Origin: Candidatus Eremiobacteria bacterium
Lineage (GTDB): Bacteria; Vulcanimicrobiota; Vulcanimicrobiia; Vulcanimicrobiales; Vulcanimicrobiaceae
Direction of reading: 5' to 3'
Assembly (NCBI GenBank): GCA_963737065.1
Contig: CAVTRC010000001.1
Location: 928,001-992,000, forward strand
DNA length: 64,000 nucleotides
Shown here: piece after piece, positions 58,185-64,000 of the stretch
How positions within the stretch are numbered: the first letter of the stretch is position 1
How the letters are laid out: every line of letters starts with the position of its first letter
The notes under the pieces: generated by a model
The model's database searches: none
What the model was told of the DNA's origin: nothing
The model's input: the letters and a program-made list of their open reading frames with translations, nothing else
Made by a program: the position numbers and the translations under genes

Positions 58185-59393
58185 ATGAGTATCATGCGAC
58201 GCTTCGCGGCGGCGATTGTTTTCGCGCCGGTGGTTTTTACGCTGTACCCGGCATCGGCGGCTACGACGAACGGTGACGCAGCAACAACAATAACGAACAT
58301 CGTACGCAAGGCGATGACGCAGCAAAATTTGAAGGCTGTCGTCGTACAAGTGCGTTCGAATGGACGAACGATTTATAGCGGCGCGTTCGGCGAATCGATG
58401 ACCGGCGTGCCGGCAACGCCGGACATGCATTTTCGCAACGGCGCGCTTGCATTCACGTACATGTCGACGCTTTTGTTGGAATTCGTCGATCAGAAAAAAG
58501 TAACGATGCAGACGAAGCTCTCGAAGTACTTTCCGAACCTTCCGAACGCCAATCGCATCACGCTGCGAGACCTCTCGCAGATGACGTCGGGATATGCGGA
58601 CTACGTATACCAACCAGAGGTGGAAAACGGGACGTACACCGATCCGTTCCGCCAATGGACACCCGAGGAATTGATTCACATCGGCGTATCGAAGCCGATG
58701 CAATTTGCGCCGGGCACCAACTGGGGCTACTCGCACACCAATTACGTCATCCTCGGACGCGTGCTGGAGAAGATCGCGCGCATGCCCCTGCAAGAGGCGC
58801 TGCGTCGATATGTCTTACAACCGATGGGTTTGGAAAACACGGCCGCGTCTACGACGCCCGCGATTCCGCAGCCCGCGCTGCACTCTTTTAGCTCCGAGCG
58901 GCGCGCGATGCTCAAGATCGCATCCGACATCCCGTTCTACGAAGAATCGACGTTTTGGAATCCGTCGTGGACGACGATCGAAGGCGCGGTCGAAACAACC
59001 GACATCTCAGACCTCAATACGTCGCTCGAAGCGGTCGCGGCCGGAAAACTGCTCTCTAAAGCATCGTCAGCGGCACAAATCAAGCCGAGTCTCGTCGGAT
59101 TCGGCCATGCGCAAGCGGGCTGCTCGGCGTGTCACAAAAATAGCTTCGCCTTTAACTACGGTCTGGGCGTGATCATTACGGGACCGTGGATCACGCAGAC
59201 GCTCGGATTTGCCGGCGCATCCGGAGCGGTTGGAATTTTACCGGGGCGGCAGCTCACGATCGCCGTGGAAGCGACGAACGGTCCGGGCGCGTACGACGCC
59301 AAAGGTAACGCGGGGCTCGGAGCCGTCACCGTTTTTCGCGAGCTTGCGAACGCGCTCGCACCGAAGACGATGCCTTCGCCTCCTCGTGAGTGA
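58185..59393 (+). CDS. Secreted serine hydrolase/beta-lactamase-fold protein with degenerate SxxK
   Basis: Signal peptide, MHFRNGALAF, ITLRDLSQMTSG, FAPGTNWGYSHTNY, PMGLENT. Confidence 0.85.
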   Translation: MSIMRRFAAAIVFAPVVFTLYPASAATTNGDAATTITNIVRKAMTQQNLKAVVVQVRSNGRTIYSGAFGESMTGVPATPDMHFRNGALAFTYMSTLLLEFVDQKKVTMQTKLSKYFPNLPNANRITLRDLSQMTSGYADYVYQPEVENGTYTDPFRQWTPEELIHIGVSKPMQFAPGTNWGYSHTNYVILGRVLEKIARMPLQEALRRYVLQPMGLENTAASTTPAIPQPALHSFSSERRAMLKIASDIPFYEESTFWNPSWTTIEGAVETTDISDLNTSLEAVAAGKLLSKASSAAQIKPSLVGFGHAQAGCSACHKNSFAFNYGLGVIITGPWITQTLGFAGASGAVGILPGRQLTIAVEATNGPGAYDAKGNAGLGAVTVFRELANALAPKTMPSPPRE

Positions 59394-59997
59394 TCGTGTA
59401 GTCGGTGAACGCGGCGTGCGCGCTCAACGTTTGGCCCGGCATGCGGACGTTCACGTCAAAACTGATCGGGAGATGGTAGCCTTGCACCTGCGCCGGCGTC
59501 AGGTTCATTTGAATTTCGCCTGATCGGTAGTGCAAGTCGACGTTTCGCGTCGCATCGTCCGCGTCGAGCGTAACGTCTGCGGCAACGAGCGGATTCGGGT
59601 CCGCCGGATTGACTTTGCGCGAGCGCACCAGGAACGTCGTCATGCCGTTCTTTTGGCCCTCCACGCTAACGACGAATCGCTGCGGCCACATCGTGGGGTC
59701 CAAAGCGGAAAGGTCGATCGATTGCAGATTTCGCGCAAAAAACGGCGTGTTGGTAAATTCGATGACATACCGCTGCGCTCGCACGTAGTCGCCGTTACCA
59801 TCGAGATGAAAGCGGAGCCATGGAAACGTCTGCATTCGCATCGCGACGCTGACTCGAAATGTATACGCTTTGAGCGACGGGTTGCGATTGCGCACGGCGA
59901 CGAGCACAGGGTCGACCGAAGCCGGGGACGATGCCACACCGGCAAACGTGAAGAGCGCCGCGGTAAACGCGACAGTCGCCCGGCCGTGGTTCACCAC
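59326..59997 (-). CDS. Hypothetical exported protein
   Basis: Signal peptide, beta-rich; convergent overlap with the upstream gene. Confidence 0.6.
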   Translation of the reverse strand: MVNHGRATVAFTAALFTFAGVASSPASVDPVLVAVRNRNPSLKAYTFRVSVAMRMQTFPWLRFHLDGNGDYVRAQRYVIEFTNTPFFARNLQSIDLSALDPTMWPQRFVVSVEGQKNGMTTFLVRSRKVNPADPNPLVAADVTLDADDATRNVDLHYRSGEIQMNLTPAQVQGYHLPISFDVNVRMPGQTLSAHAAFTDYTITHEEAKASSSVRARSQAREKR

Positions 59998-60032
59998 CCA
60001 TATAGTCTTCCCCGGCAGGGAATAGCTTATAC

Positions 60033-60812
60033 GTGATACGGGTTGGGACGAGCGGCTGGGTGTATGGGGGCTGGCGCGAGCGGTTCTACCCGAAGGGCGT
60101 GCCGCAACGAAAATGGCTACAATATTACGCCACGCATTTCAATACCGTCGAGCTCAACGCGACGACGTATCGGCTCCCGAAGCCCGAACAGGTCAGCGTG
60201 TGGTGCGAAACGGTTCCCGCGGATTTCCGCTACACGGTGAAGCTTAGCCGGCTCATCACGCATCGGCGCGACCTACCGCCGCGCCTCGATGAATTCATCG
60301 AAAACTATTTCGCGCGGGCCGCGTGTTTCGAACGCGAGAAGCTGTCGCAGATTCTCGTGCAATTTCCCCCGTATCTCGAACGCGACGATGCGCGTCTGGC
60401 GAGCTTTCTGGATAAGCTGCCGCGCGAGTATCGCTACGTCGTCGAATTCCGCAATGCGTCATGGTTCGAGCCCGCGGTACGCGATCTGCTGGCCGAACGC
60501 GATATCGCTTTTTGCATTCATGATTATCCGAAGATCCGCGTGCCGCGGTGGGTGACGTCTACGAAGCTCGCCTATCTGCGTTTGCACGGGTATACCGGGC
60601 TCTACGTCGGGTCGTATCCGCGTGCGGTGTTGCGCCGGTGGGCCGCAGCGCTAAACGAGCTCGCAACGCAGGCCGCCGATGTGTACGCGTACTTCAACAA
60701 CGACACGGAGGCCGCTGCTCCGCACGACGCGGCGGTGCTCGACCGGATGTTACGCCGGGGTCTCGAGCGACGGCACGGCGTCGCCCTCGAGAAACACGCG
60801 CAACTCATGTGA
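60033..60812 (+). CDS. DUF72 domain protein
   Basis: IRVGTSGW, VELNATTYR, LVQFPP, VEFRNASW, YLRLHG, YFNND. Confidence 0.92.
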   Translation: MIRVGTSGWVYGGWRERFYPKGVPQRKWLQYYATHFNTVELNATTYRLPKPEQVSVWCETVPADFRYTVKLSRLITHRRDLPPRLDEFIENYFARAACFEREKLSQILVQFPPYLERDDARLASFLDKLPREYRYVVEFRNASWFEPAVRDLLAERDIAFCIHDYPKIRVPRWVTSTKLAYLRLHGYTGLYVGSYPRAVLRRWAAALNELATQAADVYAYFNNDTEAAAPHDAAVLDRMLRRGLERRHGVALEKHAQLM

Positions 60813-61598
60813 CGAGAACTGCACGCCGCTCCAAAACGCGCCGAATTCCGCGTATCGCGCACTCGCTTCGTCGAATCGCATCTCGTAAATCAACTTCTTG
60901 AAGATCAGTGGATCGTCGGCATAAAGGTCGACGCCCCATTCGAAATCGTCGAACCCGATCGATCCGGAAATCACTTGTGTCACGAGCCCGTGATACGAGC
61001 GGCCGACCTTGCCGTGCTCGTTCATGAGCTTCGTGCGATCGCTGTACGGAAGCATGAACCAATTGTCAGCGCCGTCGCGCTTCTTGTTCATCGGATAGAA
61101 ACACACGTATCGGCGTTGCGGGATTTTTGCCCAGAGACGCGGGCCGACATGCGCGCTTTCGGCTTGCTTACGCACGAGTTCGTCGAATGCCGCAATCCAC
61201 TCGTGGCTATGCGGGGTCAACTCGCGCGACTTCAGCTCGGCGTGAATCTTCGCCGTCGCGTCGTACATGCCGAGCTCGAGCACCGAGACATACGATCCAA
61301 GCGGCGCAAGATACTCGCAGAGCGCGAGCTTGTCGACGAGCGTCTGCGCGTACGCCAGCCCTTCGTATGTGCGCGCGTAGTGCGTGAGCATAAAATCGCC
61401 TTTGTGACCGACGATCTGCGCGAGCCCGACATCGCCGTCTTTTCCCGACTGCAAGTGCTCGAAGAGGTCCTTCGCATGCGACGCGTACTTCGCGCGGCGC
61501 TTCTCGGAGAGCGCGTCCCACGCGCGGCGGTCGAGCGCGAACATGCGATGGAGTATCCACCAACCTTCGAGCGATTCCGGAACGTTCGGATCGCGCAT
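60750..61598 (-). CDS. chdC: Coproheme decarboxylase (chlorite dismutase family, HemQ)
   Basis: CFYPMNKKR, NWFMLP, EHGKVGRSY, GSIGFDDFEWGV, MRFDEASARY. Confidence 0.88.
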   Translation of the reverse strand: MRDPNVPESLEGWWILHRMFALDRRAWDALSEKRRAKYASHAKDLFEHLQSGKDGDVGLAQIVGHKGDFMLTHYARTYEGLAYAQTLVDKLALCEYLAPLGSYVSVLELGMYDATAKIHAELKSRELTPHSHEWIAAFDELVRKQAESAHVGPRLWAKIPQRRYVCFYPMNKKRDGADNWFMLPYSDRTKLMNEHGKVGRSYHGLVTQVISGSIGFDDFEWGVDLYADDPLIFKKLIYEMRFDEASARYAEFGAFWSGVQFSSHELRVFLEGDAVPSLETPA

Positions 61599-62581
61599 CA
61601 GTGCGCCGCTCCGCGGGCGAGCGCTTTGACCCGGTGCATCTCGGCTTCCACTTCGGCGACGAGCGCTTCGGGACGCTCGCGGTACTTCGCCCACAGCTGC
61701 GGCATGTTCGCGATATCATCGAGCACGCGCGCGTACACGGCGTTGACCGGCGTCGGTACGTTGTACTCACGCCCCGCGGCGGCGACGGCTCCGTTGAGCA
61801 CGTCGACTTCCGTCTGCGGTTTGCCTTGCCGCAAGTCCAGCAGCAGCGACGGCAATTTCGTGCCTCGCGCGCCCGCGACGCGACCCGCCATAACGCGGCG
61901 CGCAACGGGGCTCGGCAGCGAGGCTGCGCTGAAGAGTGCTTTAACCGGATAGCGCGGCAGATCGATCGGCGTGAGATTCATCGCCGCCATGACGGCGCGC
62001 ACTTCGCGGATCATCCGGATTTCGAGCGCGAAGATCTTGTCGAAGTGCACGAGCCGGTTGGGCAGCACGTTCAAGATCGCGCAGCTCGCGTTCGCGACGA
62101 CGTTGAGCGCCAGTTTACTCCACTTGAGCGCGCGCCAATCGTCGACGACTTTCACCTTCAACCGCGTGCTTGCGAAGGTCGCGACGAGCCAGTTGAACGC
62201 GCTCGATCCGACCGGCGCGAACGCAAGTCCGCCGTCATGCGTGGCGTTCGCATGCCCTTCGCGATCTCGGTCGACCGGAACGGTGAGCGCCGATGCCACC
62301 ACGTTATCCGCACCGAAGACCGCGGCGAGTTTTCGCTCGTTACCGACGCCGTTCTGCGGCGAGACGAACACGGTGTTCTGCGGATCCGGGATTGCGCGGC
62401 GCAGCGTTTCGATCGCGCCGTCGGTGTCGTACGCCTTCACGGCCACAATCGCGACGTCGGCTTGAAAGGGCGTGACGTCCGCGAGCGAGCGCGGTGCATA
62501 GACAACCTCGACGCCGATCGACGCGAGTAAGTCGCCTAAATACGTGCCGACCGCGCCGCGTCCGACGATGTAGACCTTCAC
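61598..62581 (-). CDS. panE: 2-dehydropantoate 2-reductase (ketopantoate reductase family)
   Basis: [41 protein letters not shown] start 62581. Confidence 0.85.
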   Translation of the reverse strand: MKVYIVGRGAVGTYLGDLLASIGVEVVYAPRSLADVTPFQADVAIVAVKAYDTDGAIETLRRAIPDPQNTVFVSPQNGVGNERKLAAVFGADNVVASALTVPVDRDREGHANATHDGGLAFAPVGSSAFNWLVATFASTRLKVKVVDDWRALKWSKLALNVVANASCAILNVLPNRLVHFDKIFALEIRMIREVRAVMAAMNLTPIDLPRYPVKALFSAASLPSPVARRVMAGRVAGARGTKLPSLLLDLRQGKPQTEVDVLNGAVAAAGREYNVPTPVNAVYARVLDDIANMPQLWAKYRERPEALVAEVEAEMHRVKALARGAAH

Positions 62582-63036
62582 GACGCAAGCCCCGTGCTTC
62601 CGAATCCGTTCGCTCCGCGCAGCGATTCCGGCAACTCCTCCACGACCGAAAATTCCGCACGGGTCACCGGCGCGACGATCATCTGCGCGATACGATCGCC
62701 GCGCCTGATAACCGCCGGTTCTTTCCCGAGGTTCACGAGGAGCACTTGCAGGTGGCCGCGATAGTCGGCGTCGATCGTGCCCGGCGTGTTGAGGCACGTA
62801 ACGCCCGTTTTGAGGGCAAGCCCGCTGCGCGGACGGATCTGTGCTTCGTATCCGGGCGGCAGCGCAATCGCGATGCCGGTCGGGACGAGTGCGCGCATTC
62901 CGGGCTGGAGCGTGACGTCATCGCGGAGTGCTGCGTAGAGATCGGCGCCTGCAGCGAGATCGCTCATATAGGAAGGCAGCGGTAAGCCTTGCGACTCCGG
63001 CAGACGCTTCAACGCGACGCGCACCTGAGAGTTCAT
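62578..63036 (-). CDS. dut: dUTP diphosphatase
   Basis: [39 protein letters not shown]. Confidence 0.97.
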   Translation of the reverse strand: MNSQVRVALKRLPESQGLPLPSYMSDLAAGADLYAALRDDVTLQPGMRALVPTGIAIALPPGYEAQIRPRSGLALKTGVTCLNTPGTIDADYRGHLQVLLVNLGKEPAVIRRGDRIAQMIVAPVTRAEFSVVEELPESLRGANGFGSTGLAS

Positions 63037-63046
63037 GTAAAGTGCG

Positions 63047-63499
63047 TCATTTAGAAAGAAGCTGCGATAACTCTTCTCTGAAGGTTTCGATGTCGCGGAA
63101 CGAACGGTACACGCTTGCGAAGCGAATGTATGCGACGGGATCGAGCTTCTTCAGCGCTTCCATGAGCTTCTCGCCGACCATCGTAGAGCTCACTTCACTC
63201 TCACCGCGCGCGAAGAGATCGCGTTCGAGGTCGGCAGCGACGACTTCCATCTGGCTATCTGAGATCGGACGCTTCTCACATGCCTTGCGAAGGCCGTTCA
63301 GAATCTTCTCGCGACTGTATTGCTCGCGGCGTCCGTCCTTCTTTACGACGAAGAGGCGCGGCGCTTCCATGCGCTCGTATGTGGTAAAGCGGTGCTTGCA
63401 GCGCAGGTCCAAACACTCGCGCCGGCGCCGGACCACGGTTTCATCGTCACGAGAGTCGACGACGCGCGTCTCACTCTTACGACAGGTTGGACAGATCAG
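63047..63499 (-). CDS. nrdR: Transcriptional repressor NrdR (CTG start)
   Basis: ICPTC...VVDSR...[17 protein letters not shown] zinc ribbon plus ATP cone ([15 protein letters not shown]); the N-terminal CxxC requires a start at CTG 63499. Confidence 0.95.
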   Translation of the reverse strand: MICPTCRKSETRVVDSRDDETVVRRRRECLDLRCKHRFTTYERMEAPRLFVVKKDGRREQYSREKILNGLRKACEKRPISDSQMEVVAADLERDLFARGESEVSSTMVGEKLMEALKKLDPVAYIRFASVYRSFRDIETFREELSQLLSK

Positions 63500-63514
63500 C
63501 TAGCAGTCTCCGCT

Positions 63515-63534
63515 CACCACTACATAGTGGGGTG
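63515..63534. promoter_or_regulatory. NrdR-box-like palindrome at the nrdR transcription start
   Basis: ccacta-ca-tagtgg inverted repeat; partial match to acaCwAtATaTwGtgt. Confidence 0.5.
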
Positions 63535-63539
63535 TTCGT

Positions 63540-63568
63540 ATTATACGGTACTACCGCTAGTAACGCAA
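63540..63568 (-). promoter_or_regulatory. Sigma70 promoter for nrdR-dut-panE-chdC (TTGCGT-17-TATAAT)
   Basis: Consensus -10 with 17-nt spacer. Confidence 0.75.
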
Positions 63569-63593
63569 AAAGGCCACCCGAAGATGGGCGGCC
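63567..63593 (-). terminator. Rho-independent terminator of an upstream minus-strand transcript
   Basis: ggccgccc-atcttc-gggtggcc-ttttt. Confidence 0.8.
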
Positions 63594-63604
63594 CTCTGAA
63601 AATT

Positions 63605-63668
63605 GCGGTTATCCGCGAAGTGCGGTTCTGCGCGAACTCGCGGTCCTGCGCGAGTTGCGGTCCCGCGC
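63605..63668. repeat. Four degenerate 17-18-bp units (gcggt..gcgcga..)
   Basis: Units start at 63605, 63622, 63640 and 63657. Confidence 0.6.
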
Positions 63669-63966
63669 TGACGTCTTCCGCGGCGCGCCGCGAGCTAGAT
63701 TTGCTTCGTGGCTAGGCGCGGAAGGGCGAAGTTGCGATTGTGCGCTGACATCTTCCGCGGCGCGCCGCGAGCTAGATTTGCTTCGTGGCTAGGCGCGGAA
63801 GGGCGAAGTTGCGATTGTGCGCTGACATCTTCCGCGGCGCGCCGCGAGCTAGATTTGCTTCGTGGCTAGGCGCGGAAGGGCGAAGTTGCGATTGTGCGCT
63901 GACATCTTCCGCGGCGCGCCGCGAGCTAGATTTGCTTCGTGGCTAGGCGCGGAAGGGCGAAGTTGC
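63665..63966. repeat. Tandem array of about 3.9 x 77-bp hairpin-forming units
   Basis: Units start at 63665, 63742, 63819 and 63896, identical except one base in copy 1; each contains a cttccgcg...cgcggaag inverted repeat. Confidence 0.97.
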
Positions 63967-64000
63967 CTTTGGGCAATGAGCCCTTACGCAACGACGCCAC

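Noticed and set aside
59326..60812. Convergent 3' overlaps (59326-59393 and 60750-60812) as antisense regulation
   Set aside because: Short tail-to-tail overlaps are common in compact GC-rich genomes.
63665..63966. CRISPR array
   Set aside because: Units are contiguous and identical with no unique spacers; no cas genes in the window.

Overview
GC-rich bacterial chromosomal segment, mostly housekeeping genes. Contents: ispE, ubiX, a nuclease/helicase pair, dinB-nfo-scpAB, topoisomerase IB, gcvT-H-PA-PB, speE/speD, a lone sufB, rplU-prp, trmD-rplS-3x lepB-rbgA-rnhB-yraN, a Ser/Thr kinase plus APC/USP module, a ribose-type ABC transporter, comM/yifB, chdC, panE, dut and nrdR. Gene content (split GcvP, Prp, ScpAB, ChdC, RbgA) points to a Terrabacteria-group organism, possibly Eremiobacterota/Vulcanimicrobiota; this is inference only. 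I found no rRNA, tRNA, CRISPR array, integrase or transposase. Main unexplained structure: (1) two decayed copies of the comM 3' region downstream of intact comM, flanking a CLC cargo gene, suggesting an integration/gene-accumulation hotspot; (2) a ~200-nt structured leader in front of speD; (3) a 77-bp hairpin tandem array next to 17-18-bp 'empty' units at the right end; (4) a duplicated palindromic element with small ORFs between gcvH and gcvPA; (5) an S53 protease with its pro-domain at the C-terminus; (6) a stand-alone PriL-CTD/PriX-like protein; (7) apparent CTG starts for nrdR and one lepB. Three single-base-insertion frameshifts are probably sequencing errors. All protein calls come from motif recognition by eye, with no database searches.
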